DNA of 64,000 bases, from assembly GCA_964450535.1 (NCBI GenBank), contig CAYVDE010000001.1, forward strand, positions 50,567-114,566, given 5' to 3'. This DNA comes from an uncultured Desulfobacterales bacterium. Lineage in GTDB: Bacteria > Desulfobacterota > DSM-4660 > Desulfatiglandales > HGW-15. The notes under the pieces were generated by a model that ran no database searches, was not told the DNA's origin, and saw nothing but the letters and a program-made list of their open reading frames with translations. How positions within the stretch are numbered: the first letter of the stretch is position 1; every line of letters begins with the position of its first letter. Of this stretch, positions 43,768-53,094 are shown piece after piece. A program made the translations under genes and the position numbers.

Positions 43768-45670
43768 AGGACTAGCCTTCAGGCTCACACTGCTGATCCT
43801 CGCGAGCATTTCACTGATCTTCGCCGGGGTCTTCGCCTACAACTACGCATACTCCAAGCGGATAATCACACGAAACATAGAGGCCAACGCACTCAACCTG
43901 GCTCACGCCACGGTGAACCGGATGGACAAGGTCTTCGCCTCCGTGCAAAAGACCCCCCAAAACCTCGCATGCTTCATGGAAGCCTCCTTCCTGATGGGAG
44001 GCCAGCTGATCGAACTTCTAAGGAAAATAGCGGCCGAGAACACCGAGATCTATGGTTCTGCCATTGCCTTCGCCCCTTATGAGTACAACCGGAACACCGA
44101 GCATTTCGCGCCTTACGTGTTCAAGAGCGGCGGCTCCATAGAGTTCACCTACATCCCGTATGACTACCTTTACTGGGACTGGTACCAAATCCCCAAGGAG
44201 CTGTCCCACCCGGTCTGGAGCGAACCCTATTTTGATGAGGGAGCCGGCAACATAGTCATGTCCACCTTCTCGGTCCCTTTCTACAAGGAGAGGCTTAACA
44301 AGCGCGTGTTTTCGGGGGTGGTGACCGCCGACATATCGCTCTCATGGCTTCAGCGGATAGTGTCTTCGATCAAGATCGCCGAGACCGGTTACGGTTTTCT
44401 CATCTCCAGGAACGGGACCTATATCACGCACCCCATGGAACGGCTGGTCATGAACGAGTCCATCTTCAGTGTGGCCGAAGCCCGTGAAGACCCGCGACTC
44501 CGGGAACTGGGACGCGCCATGATTCGGGGCGAATCAGGCTTTGTTCAGTTTACAAACGTCTTTGACAAGCAGTGCTGGCTCGCTTACGCCCCTCTTCCCT
44601 CCAACGGGTGGTCCCTGGGGGTCCTGTTCCCGCAGGAAGAGCTCATGCAGGATATAGCGCATCTCAACCAAACCGTTCTCATCCTGAGCTTAGTGGGGTT
44701 TCTCTTCCTCTTTTTGGTCATCGTGCTCATAGCACGCTCCATAACGCGCCCCTTGAGAAGCCTCTCGGAAGCGGCCCAGGAAATCGCGACCGGCAACCTG
44801 GACGTGAGCCTGCCCGAGATCAGCGGGGGAGACGAGGTGGCCCGGCTGACCGGCTCCTTCGATCACATGAAGACCTCGCTCAAGCAATACATCCAGGAAC
44901 TGACAGAGACCACGGCCGCCAAGGAGCGCATCGAGAGCGAACTCAAGATCGCCCATGACATACAGATGGGGATCCTCCACAAGATTTTTCCGCCGTTTCC
45001 GGACAGGCACGAGTTCGACATCTACGCCACGCTTATACCGGCCAAGGAGGTGGGCGGGGACCTCTACGACTTCTTCTTCATGGACGAGGACCATCTCTGC
45101 TTCACAGTGGGCGACGTTTCGGGAAAGGGCGTGCCCGCATCCCTGTTCATGGCCATCACCAACACCCTCATCAAGACCAAGGCGACACGTGGACTGACCC
45201 CTGATGCGGTGCTTACCCGCGTTAACGAGGACCTGGCCATGGACAACCCGTCCATGATGTTCGTCACCCTGTTCCTGGGAATTCTGAACATCCGCACGGG
45301 CGAGTTGTCTTATGCCAACGGAGGCCATAACCCGCCGTATATCATCCACGCGGGCGGGGATGTCGAGCCCGTGGAAATGACCGGCGACGTGGCCCTGGGC
45401 GTGGTTGAAAACTTCGTCTATCGCTCCAGGACGGTTTTCCTCGAAAAAGGAGACACCTTGTTTCTTTATACCGACGGTGTGACCGAGGCCATGGACCTGA
45501 ATGACGAGCTTTACGGGGAGGAGCGCATGGTCCGCGAGCTCGACCGGCTCAGGGAAGCACCCATCAAGGAGCTCATAGAAGGCATCATGCAGTCCATCCG
45601 GGAATATTCGTATGGAGCCCCCCAGACTGACGACATCACTATGATGCGGCTGATATATAAAGGGGATTAA
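43754..45670 (+). CDS. Cache-HAMP-PP2C (SpoIIE/RsbU-type) membrane phosphatase
   Basis: TM helix, about 270-aa periplasmic Cache-like domain, second TM helix, HAMP (ITRPLRSLSEAAQEIATGNLD), then PP2C (GGDLYDFF, GDVSGKGVPA, LYTDGVTEA, DDITMM). Confidence 0.85.
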   Translation: MLKNRGLAFRLTLLILASISLIFAGVFAYNYAYSKRIITRNIEANALNLAHATVNRMDKVFASVQKTPQNLACFMEASFLMGGQLIELLRKIAAENTEIYGSAIAFAPYEYNRNTEHFAPYVFKSGGSIEFTYIPYDYLYWDWYQIPKELSHPVWSEPYFDEGAGNIVMSTFSVPFYKERLNKRVFSGVVTADISLSWLQRIVSSIKIAETGYGFLISRNGTYITHPMERLVMNESIFSVAEAREDPRLRELGRAMIRGESGFVQFTNVFDKQCWLAYAPLPSNGWSLGVLFPQEELMQDIAHLNQTVLILSLVGFLFLFLVIVLIARSITRPLRSLSEAAQEIATGNLDVSLPEISGGDEVARLTGSFDHMKTSLKQYIQELTETTAAKERIESELKIAHDIQMGILHKIFPPFPDRHEFDIYATLIPAKEVGGDLYDFFFMDEDHLCFTVGDVSGKGVPASLFMAITNTLIKTKATRGLTPDAVLTRVNEDLAMDNPSMMFVTLFLGILNIRTGELSYANGGHNPPYIIHAGGDVEPVEMTGDVALGVVENFVYRSRTVFLEKGDTLFLYTDGVTEAMDLNDELYGEERMVRELDRLREAPIKELIEGIMQSIREYSYGAPQTDDITMMRLIYKGD

Positions 45671-45702
45671 GCTGCGGCCCAAAGGGCCGCTTTGGAGAAA
45701 CT

Positions 45703-47334
45703 ATGAACAAGAAGACCCGCACCTCCCATCCACAATCGTCCCCACCCACTCCTTCAGTTGCGGTCGTGGGAAGCGGCTACTGGGGAAAGAACCTGGTCAG
45801 GAACTTCCACGGAATCGGCGCCCTGAAACTCATCTGCGACCGTAGCGAGGCCGTGCTCTCCGGGTTCCGCGACCAGTACCCGGACATTGAGACCTGCCTC
45901 GCGCTGAACGACGTCCTGTCCAGAGATGACATCAAGGCTGTGGCCGTGGCCACACCGGCAGAGACCCACTTCACCGTGTCCAGGGAGGCCCTGTTTGCAG
46001 GAAAGCACGTGTTCACGGAAAAGCCTCTGGCCCTCCGTGTAACCGATGCCGCGGCCCTCGTGGACCTGGCCCAAGACAGGGGCCTCACCCTCATGGTGGG
46101 ACACCTGCTCCAGTACCATCCGGTCTTCCAGCGGCTCAAGGAACTCGCGGACGCTGGGGAACTCGGCCGGATCAACTACATTTACTCCAACCGCCTGAAC
46201 CTCGGAAAGATACGCCGGGAGGAAAACATCCTATGGTCATTCGCCCCGCACGACATCTCCATGATCCTTACCCTGGCGGGGGAAGAGCCGGAGACAGTGC
46301 TTGCCACCGGAGGTTACTACCTCCACCAGCGGATCGCGGACGTCACAACCACGCACCTGGCCTTTTCGTCAGGCCTAAGGGCCCAGGTCTTCGTGTCCTG
46401 GCTCCACCCGTTCAAAGAGCAGAAGCTGGTAGTGGTGGGCGACAAAAAGATGGCGGTCTTTGACGACACTCAACCCTGGGAGGAAAAGCTCCTCCTCTAT
46501 GCCCACCAGATCCAGTGGCAGGACCACCTCCCCGTCCCCACAAAGGCGGAGCCTGAACGCCCGGACATCCCTCAGGACGAGCCCCTGCGCCTCGAGTGCC
46601 TGCACTTCCTCAACGCCTTCAAAGACGGCAGCACCCCGTTCACTGACGGCCGGGAGGGCGTCCGCGTGCTCAAGGTCCTGAACGCCGCCCAGGAATCCCT
46701 TGACAACGGAGGCAGGGCCGTTCCCATCGGCAGCGGTGAGGCCGTCGCCGGGCCTGAAGCGACAACCGATAAGCCCTACTTTGTCCACGAGACAGCGGTG
46801 GTGGACGAAGAGTGCGAGATAGGCGCCGGCACCAGAATATGGCACTTTACCCACGTCCTTTCACGGTCCCGTATCGGTGAGAATTGCAACATAGGCCAAA
46901 ACGTGATGATCGGGCCGGACGTCACCCTGGGCAAGGGATGCAAGCTCCAGAACAACGTGAGCGTTTATCCCGGCGTGACTCTAGAGGACTACGTTTTCTG
47001 CGGTCCCAGCATGGTCTTCACCAATGTCTACAACCCCAGGGCCGGACTCAGGAAGATGGACCAGGCCCGGTCAACCCTTGTGAGGAAAGGCGCCACCATC
47101 GGGGCCAACGCCACCATAGTCTGCGGCAACACCCTGGGCCGCTATTGCTTTGTGGGCGCCGGCGCGGTGGTGAACCGTAACGTGCAGGACTACGCCCTTG
47201 TGGTGGGTAACCCGGCACGGCGCATAGGCTGGGTGTGCGAGTGCGGGGAACGCCTCCCGGACGACCTCGTTTGCCTAACCTGCTCCAAGGCCTACCTGCC
47301 CGAAGGAGACGGCATTACAAGAATTGGGGGCTGA
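45703..47334 (+). CDS. fusion of Gfo/Idh/MocA oxidoreductase (WbpB-like) and left-handed-beta-helix N-acetyltransferase (WbpD-like)
   Basis: VAVVGSGYWGKN Rossmann motif at the N-terminus. Hexapeptide repeats (IGENCNIGQNVMIGPDVTLGKGCKLQNNVSV) in the C-terminal 190 aa. Confidence 0.8.
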   Translation: MNKKTRTSHPQSSPPTPSVAVVGSGYWGKNLVRNFHGIGALKLICDRSEAVLSGFRDQYPDIETCLALNDVLSRDDIKAVAVATPAETHFTVSREALFAGKHVFTEKPLALRVTDAAALVDLAQDRGLTLMVGHLLQYHPVFQRLKELADAGELGRINYIYSNRLNLGKIRREENILWSFAPHDISMILTLAGEEPETVLATGGYYLHQRIADVTTTHLAFSSGLRAQVFVSWLHPFKEQKLVVVGDKKMAVFDDTQPWEEKLLLYAHQIQWQDHLPVPTKAEPERPDIPQDEPLRLECLHFLNAFKDGSTPFTDGREGVRVLKVLNAAQESLDNGGRAVPIGSGEAVAGPEATTDKPYFVHETAVVDEECEIGAGTRIWHFTHVLSRSRIGENCNIGQNVMIGPDVTLGKGCKLQNNVSVYPGVTLEDYVFCGPSMVFTNVYNPRAGLRKMDQARSTLVRKGATIGANATIVCGNTLGRYCFVGAGAVVNRNVQDYALVVGNPARRIGWVCECGERLPDDLVCLTCSKAYLPEGDGITRIGG

Positions 47335-47360
47335 AAAACTAACAGAGAAAGGAATCAATC

Positions 47361-48491
47361 ATGCAGTTCATAGATCTCAAAGCGCAGCAGACCCGCATTC
47401 GCGAGGCCATTGAATCCAACATCCGCGGCGTGCTCGACCACGGCAGCTATATCATGGGCCCTGAGATCCGCAAGCTTGAAGAGCGCCTTGCCGCCTATAC
47501 GGGCGTGAGGCACGCCGTCGGCTGTTCGTCGGGCACCGACGCCCTGATTCTGGCCCTCATGGCGCTTGATATCGGCCCGGGCGACGCGGTATTCACCGCG
47601 CCCTTCACCTTTGTGGCAACGGCCGAAGTGATAAGCCTGCTTGGAGCGACCCCTGTGTTCGTGGACATCGACCGGTCCACCTACAACATCGACCCGTCCG
47701 CGCTCGATAAGGCTGTCACGGCCTTCAAGGACAACCGCGAAAATCGCCTTTTCACACCGAGGGCCGTCATCCCGGTGGACCTCTTCGGCCTGCCCGCGGA
47801 CTACGACGCGATCAACGAAATCGCCCGCAAGCACGATCTCATGGTCGTCGAAGACGCTGCCCAGTCTTTCGGCGGGGAGTACAAGGGGCGCAAGGCATGC
47901 AGCCTGGGCCGCATAGGCTGCACGTCTTTTTTCCCGGCCAAGCCCCTCGGCGCGTACGGCGACGGGGGCATGATCTTCACCGACGACGACAGGATCAACG
48001 AGACCCTGCGTTCCATCCTGGTCCACGGCCAGGGCAGGGATAAGTACGAAAACGTGCGCATCGGCATGAACGGCCGCCTTGATACCATTCAGGCCGCGGT
48101 TCTTTTGGCCAAGTTCGACATCTTTGCCGAGGAGATCGAGCTCCGGCAGGAGGTGGCGGCCCAATACAATGAGCGCCTCGCAAAGGCAGCCCCGGACCTG
48201 GTCCTGCCCTCAATTCCTCAGGGCTATGTCTCGGCCTGGGCCCAGTATTCGGTACTGGCCCGGGATTCAGAGCATAGGGCCGATATTCAGGCGACCCTCA
48301 AGGAAGCGGGCATACCCACGGCCATATACTACCCCAAGCCCCTCCACCTACAGGGTGCGTTCGCAGGCCTGGGATACAAAGAGGGGGACTTCCCGATCAG
48401 CGAGGACTGCTCCAAACGCATATTCAGCCTGCCCATGCACCCGTACTTGAAGGCGGCGGACCAGGACCGGATAGCAGCAACCATTTCCTGA
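47361..48491 (+). CDS. DegT/DnrJ/EryC1-family PLP aminotransferase (WbpE-like)
   Basis: GCSSGTDAL and the PLP-lysine context SFFPAKPLGAYGDGG. Confidence 0.9.
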   Translation: MQFIDLKAQQTRIREAIESNIRGVLDHGSYIMGPEIRKLEERLAAYTGVRHAVGCSSGTDALILALMALDIGPGDAVFTAPFTFVATAEVISLLGATPVFVDIDRSTYNIDPSALDKAVTAFKDNRENRLFTPRAVIPVDLFGLPADYDAINEIARKHDLMVVEDAAQSFGGEYKGRKACSLGRIGCTSFFPAKPLGAYGDGGMIFTDDDRINETLRSILVHGQGRDKYENVRIGMNGRLDTIQAAVLLAKFDIFAEEIELRQEVAAQYNERLAKAAPDLVLPSIPQGYVSAWAQYSVLARDSEHRADIQATLKEAGIPTAIYYPKPLHLQGAFAGLGYKEGDFPISEDCSKRIFSLPMHPYLKAADQDRIAATIS

Positions 48492-48495
48492 AAAC

Positions 48496-49593
48496 ATGGA
48501 GGAACTCTTGGATAAACGGATCCTTCACGTGGTGGGGGCCCGGCCCAACTTCATGAAGGCGGCGCCGGTCCACGCGGCCCTGTCAGAAAAAGAAGGGGTC
48601 TCCCAGTTCCTGGTGCACACGGGCCAGCACTACGATGAGATCATGAGCGAGGTCTTCTTCAAGGAGCTGGACCTCCCCGAACCGGACCTCAACCTTGAAG
48701 TGGGCTCGTCCTCTCACGCGATTCAGACCGCCGAGGTCATGATCCTCTTCGAGCAGGTGGTCCTCAAGCAGGGGCCGGATCTCGTGGTGGTTTACGGGGA
48801 TGTGAACTCCACCCTGGCCGCGGCCCTGGCCTGCGCAAAGCTCGGGATCTCCGTGGCCCATGTGGAAGCCGGGCTGAGGTCCTTTGACAAGACCATGCCT
48901 GAGGAGATCAACCGGGTCCTCACGGACCACATCTCGGACCTCCTGTTCACCCCCTGTGTGGACGGCAATGAGAACCTGGCTCGCGAAGGCGTGGACCGGG
49001 ACAAGGTCCATCTGGTGGGAAACGTGATGATAGACACCCTGATGAGGCTCTTTCCCAGGGCCCTGGAGCGCTGGGACCAAGGGCTTTCCGAGCAGTGGGG
49101 CCAAGGGGACTACGCACTGGTCACCCTTCACCGGCCTTCCAACGTCGACGACCCCGACCGGCTTGGGCGGCTCATGAGCGCCCTGGACGAACTCTGCAGG
49201 GAAGTCCGCGTAGTGTTCCCCATCCATCCCCGCACGCGCAGCCGGCTCCAGGACCTCTCATTCGAGCCGGGCGGCAAGGACCTTCACCTGATCGAACCCT
49301 TGGGCTACCTTGACTTCCTGGCGCTCCAGCGCCACGCGTCGGTGGTGATAACCGACTCGGGCGGTGTTCAGGCGGAAACCACCTTTATGGGAGTGCCCTG
49401 CGTAACGGCCCGGTCCAACACCGAGTGGCCGGTCACCACGGACATGGGCACGAACACCCTGGTGGGCGGGGACACGGACGCGCTCAAAAAAGCGGTCCGG
49501 GACGCCCTGCAAGGCCCGCCCGAACTCAAAGCCATCCCGCCCCTCTGGGACGGGCACGCCGGCGAACGCATCGCCTCCCGCCTCTGCGCTTGA
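48496..49593 (+). CDS. wecB: UDP-N-acetylglucosamine 2-epimerase (non-hydrolysing; WecB/WbpI-like)
   Basis: VGARPNFMK, HVEAGLRSFD and DSGGVQAE motifs. Confidence 0.9.
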   Translation: MEELLDKRILHVVGARPNFMKAAPVHAALSEKEGVSQFLVHTGQHYDEIMSEVFFKELDLPEPDLNLEVGSSSHAIQTAEVMILFEQVVLKQGPDLVVVYGDVNSTLAAALACAKLGISVAHVEAGLRSFDKTMPEEINRVLTDHISDLLFTPCVDGNENLAREGVDRDKVHLVGNVMIDTLMRLFPRALERWDQGLSEQWGQGDYALVTLHRPSNVDDPDRLGRLMSALDELCREVRVVFPIHPRTRSRLQDLSFEPGGKDLHLIEPLGYLDFLALQRHASVVITDSGGVQAETTFMGVPCVTARSNTEWPVTTDMGTNTLVGGDTDALKKAVRDALQGPPELKAIPPLWDGHAGERIASRLCA

Positions 49594-49605
49594 CAAAAGC
49601 TTGTC

Positions 49606-49634
49606 TTGAGCGTGTGCCGTATCTGAAGTATAGT
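49606..49634 (+). promoter_or_regulatory. sigma70-like promoter for the TA pair (TTGAGC-17-TATAGT)
   Basis: Hexamers and the 17-nt spacer were read directly. It lies 67 nt upstream of the mntA ATG. Confidence 0.45.
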
Positions 49635-49700
49635 GAATTGGAATTCGGGGACACCCCAAATGCAACCGTCCCCTAAACGCAACAATGAAAGGTTCGGCCC

Positions 49701-50084
49701 ATGGACCTAGCCGCTGCGGGAAACTACCTTCAGACCAGGGAAGACGTAGCCTTCGCCTACCTGTTTGGAAGCATGGCCTCGGAAAAGCCCACACCCTTGA
49801 GCGACGTGGACATTGCCGTCTATCTCAACGAGGGGGATTTTTCACGAAAACGCCTCGAACTCATCGGGGACCTGAGCGATATTCTGGGCACGGACCGTAT
49901 CGACCTCGTGATACTGAACACGGCTCCACCCGGCCTCAGGGCCAGGGTGGTGAGGGCAAGGACTGTGCTTGCGGATCGTCAACCCTCGGCGCGTAACGCT
50001 TTTGAGTCCAGAACACTTAGGGTTTACATGGATTTTTCCAAGCTCGAAGACCGCATTTTAACCCGAAGGTACCTTCATGGTTGA
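49701..50084 (+). CDS. mntA: MntA-type nucleotidyltransferase antitoxin
   Basis: LFGSMASEK...LSDVDIAV (GSx10-ish DxD minimal NTase). Confidence 0.75.
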   Translation: MDLAAAGNYLQTREDVAFAYLFGSMASEKPTPLSDVDIAVYLNEGDFSRKRLELIGDLSDILGTDRIDLVILNTAPPGLRARVVRARTVLADRQPSARNAFESRTLRVYMDFSKLEDRILTRRYLHG

Positions 50085-50502
50085 CAAGACTCTCATCCTC
50101 AGAAGACTTGCCGATCTGGATGAATACCTGGAGCAGATTAGCGAGTACATGGATATCACTGCTGAATCCTATACAAAAGACTGGAAAACACAAAGGATCG
50201 TCGAACGGACACTTCAGATGATGATTGAAACATGCCTGGATATCAGCGGCCACATCATCTCAGACAAGGGATTCAGCGTACCACAAACGTACGCCGACAC
50301 ATTCCGCATCCTGGTAAAAAAACATATCCTTGATCAGTCGCACCTGAACGCCTTCGAAAAAATGGCGCAGTTTCGAAATATCGTAGTTCATGATTACGAA
50401 AAAATTGACCCCAAAATAGTGGTAGGAATACTGAGAAGGAATCTTGGCGATTTCGCGAGCTTCAAGGAATCCATAATCCGATACCTAAAAACCGAAAAGT
50501 GA
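50077..50502 (+). CDS. hepT: HepT-type (DUF86) RNase toxin
   Basis: Rx4HxY motif FRNIVVHDY. Overlaps mntA by 8 nt. Confidence 0.8.
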   Translation: MVDKTLILRRLADLDEYLEQISEYMDITAESYTKDWKTQRIVERTLQMMIETCLDISGHIISDKGFSVPQTYADTFRILVKKHILDQSHLNAFEKMAQFRNIVVHDYEKIDPKIVVGILRRNLGDFASFKESIIRYLKTEK

Positions 50503-50516
50503 TGCACCAGGAAACT

Positions 50517-52934
50517 ATGAAACCCCTGAAACGAACTTACATGGGAGCCGGCCTGCTGGTTTTTCTCGGCCTGGCGCTTGTCATGGCTTGTTCCGAAGGA
50601 GAAGACCGGACAGCCAAGGCGGAGGAGTATTACCAAACGGGATTGCAGGCCTTGGAGCAGGACAAGCCCAAAGAGGCCCTGATCCACTTCAAGAACGCGG
50701 TCCAACAGGACCCGTTCCACGCCGAGGCCCACCTGGAGTTGGCCCTGCTCTATCTGAAAGACAACCAGCCGCGAATGGCGTTGCAGGAATTGCGCACGGC
50801 CGTGGAGATCGACCGGCAATTCGTGAAGGCCAAGCGCATCCTCGCGACCCTTTATTATGCCGGGGGTGCTTTTTCCGATGCAGTGCCCCTCTGCGAAGGG
50901 CTGATCGAGCAGGGAGAGGGCACCCCGGATGTCTTCCTGATCCTGGGCAATTCATTAGTAAGGCTGGACCGGATTACAGACGCCATAGACATCCTGACCA
51001 CTGCGGAAGAACTCTTTCCGGACAACCCGGACATCAAGGTCAGCCTTGCCGGTGCCTTTTTCAGGGCGGAACGGATCCATAAGGCCCGGGAGTACATGGA
51101 GGCCGCGGCCGCGGCTTCACCCGAGAACCTGTCCCTGCAACTCCTGCTGGCCGGGTTCTACCAGAGAATCCGCATGGACGAACAGGTGGAACAGGTCCTG
51201 AATCGGCTTATGAAGGAATTCCCGGACCAGATCGCCGTCCACCTGGCTTCGGCCCGGTTTCTCTTCCAAAGAGGCCGTTTTCAAGAGGCCGAGGACACCC
51301 TGACAAACGTGAAGGAACAGGGACTCACTCATCCGGACCTTTTTCAGCTTCAAGGCCTGCTGGCCCACAGGAGAGGCGAAACCCAGGAGGCGCTTTCGCG
51401 TTTTCAGGAGGCCGTGGATCAATACCCCGAGGACCAGCGAAGCCTGATGCTGCTCGCAGACTACCATGTGTTTCTGAAAGACTTTGAAAAAGCCCGGGAA
51501 ACCTACGAAAAAATCGCCGCCCAATGGCCCGGCCTGAGCCCTGTCAAGGCCAAGATAGGAGAGTTGCTCCTGGCTGAGCGGCGACTCGGCGAGGCGGAAA
51601 AGCATGTCGAGGAACTCCTTCAGGAGGACCCGGAGTATGCCAGGGGCTATGTGCTCAAAGGCCTTCTGGATATGGAGAAAGGCTTCGCACGCAAGGCACG
51701 GGAAGAATTCTCCAGGGCCATCGACCTGGATCCCAGGTCCATGGAAGGTCAATTCTACTATGGCCTGACCTTTCTGGAGGAGCAGGACTATAAAGTATCA
51801 CTCTCTGTGATGCTTAAGGCCCTTGAGGAGAATCCGGATTCCGTGAGGGTCCGCTTCACCATGGCCTACATCTATTACAAGACCGGCGAGCTTTCCTCGG
51901 CGTTGGAAGAGCTGAACAGGATTCTGGCCGCCGTACCCAACGATGTCAAGGCCAGGGAACTTCGGGCCACGGTTTTTGTGGACAAGAAAGACTGGGGCCG
52001 TGCTGCAAAGGACTTTGAAGCCGTGCTGGTCCAAAAGCCGGATGCCTGGCCCATCAGGTTCCAATTGGCCCGGGTTTACCTGGCGGCCGGGGACCTTGAT
52101 CAGGCCCTGAAGGGTTTCGAGCAAACCCTTGATAGTCATACTGATCCGTTCCTGCCGATTGAGGGCATGGTGCAGGTACACCTCAGGAAAAAGAACTTTG
52201 ACCAGGCCCTGGCCCTGTGCGACGGCCAGCTGGAAAGGCAACCCGGGGACCTTCGTTTGTCATTACTCAAGGCCGGAGTTCTAGCGGCCAAGGGGGACGA
52301 GGAAGCGGCAAAGGGTCTTCTTACGAAGGTCAGGGCGGAGCACCCTGCCTCGGACAGGCCGCTCCTTTTGTTGGCCCGAATGGCCCTGGACCAAAATGAC
52401 ACGGCCGATGCCAAGGAGCTTTACAGGGAGGCTATCGACTTGAACCTGGAGGGTGTCGAAGCATATATGGGGCTCGCGCGCATCTACATAGCCGCACAAG
52501 AGTTCGATGAGGCCGTGGACACCTACGAGCGAATGCTGGAGGAGACGGGCGGCCATGGACCCGCGGAAAACGATCTGGCCTATTTGTATGCGACCCTGAA
52601 CCGAAACCTGGACCGTGCATTGGAGCTGGCTCGAGGTGCCCGGGAAAAGCTCCCAGGCCACCCGGAAGTGTCAGATACCCTCGGCTGGGTCCATCTTCAG
52701 CGGGGCTCCTTGCCGCTGGCAGAACAGCACTTGAGCGAAGCCATCGCCGCAGATCCTGAGAATCCCCTGTATCACTTTCACCTGGGAGTGGCCCTTGCCC
52801 GCCAGGAACGCCGGGACGAAGCCATGGAGGCCTTGAACCGGGCGATGAGCTTGAACCTTCAGGAGCCGGAACGGACCCGAGCGAGCGAGCTCAAGGAACA
52901 GATCCGGGAAAAGCAGCGGCTCTTCGCGCAATAG
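50517..52934 (+). CDS. prsT: large TPR-repeat lipoprotein (PEP-CTERM system PrsT-like)
   Basis: Lipobox LALVMAC and about 20 TPR-like repeats over about 800 aa. The locus context includes a PEP-CTERM cargo gene. The ORF opens at 50499, overlapping the hepT stop. Confidence 0.7.
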   Translation: MKPLKRTYMGAGLLVFLGLALVMACSEGEDRTAKAEEYYQTGLQALEQDKPKEALIHFKNAVQQDPFHAEAHLELALLYLKDNQPRMALQELRTAVEIDRQFVKAKRILATLYYAGGAFSDAVPLCEGLIEQGEGTPDVFLILGNSLVRLDRITDAIDILTTAEELFPDNPDIKVSLAGAFFRAERIHKAREYMEAAAAASPENLSLQLLLAGFYQRIRMDEQVEQVLNRLMKEFPDQIAVHLASARFLFQRGRFQEAEDTLTNVKEQGLTHPDLFQLQGLLAHRRGETQEALSRFQEAVDQYPEDQRSLMLLADYHVFLKDFEKARETYEKIAAQWPGLSPVKAKIGELLLAERRLGEAEKHVEELLQEDPEYARGYVLKGLLDMEKGFARKAREEFSRAIDLDPRSMEGQFYYGLTFLEEQDYKVSLSVMLKALEENPDSVRVRFTMAYIYYKTGELSSALEELNRILAAVPNDVKARELRATVFVDKKDWGRAAKDFEAVLVQKPDAWPIRFQLARVYLAAGDLDQALKGFEQTLDSHTDPFLPIEGMVQVHLRKKNFDQALALCDGQLERQPGDLRLSLLKAGVLAAKGDEEAAKGLLTKVRAEHPASDRPLLLLARMALDQNDTADAKELYREAIDLNLEGVEAYMGLARIYIAAQEFDEAVDTYERMLEETGGHGPAENDLAYLYATLNRNLDRALELARGAREKLPGHPEVSDTLGWVHLQRGSLPLAEQHLSEAIAADPENPLYHFHLGVALARQERRDEAMEALNRAMSLNLQEPERTRASELKEQIREKQRLFAQ

Positions 52935-53094
52935 CGGAGGCGCTTTTGCGCTCAAGGCCCCGGTATTCACATTTTTCTTTTGACACCCCCTTGCTTACAT
53001 TTTACTATTCCTGGAATTGAGGCATTCAATGTCCGGGAACAGGCTTGTCAATGGAATGCCCGTAATCAGGCTCGGCCTTAACAAGGAGCGACCC

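Noticed and set aside
44690-45682. 330-aa minus-strand ORF
   Set aside because: Antisense to the PP2C domain, whose catalytic motifs are unambiguous on the plus strand.
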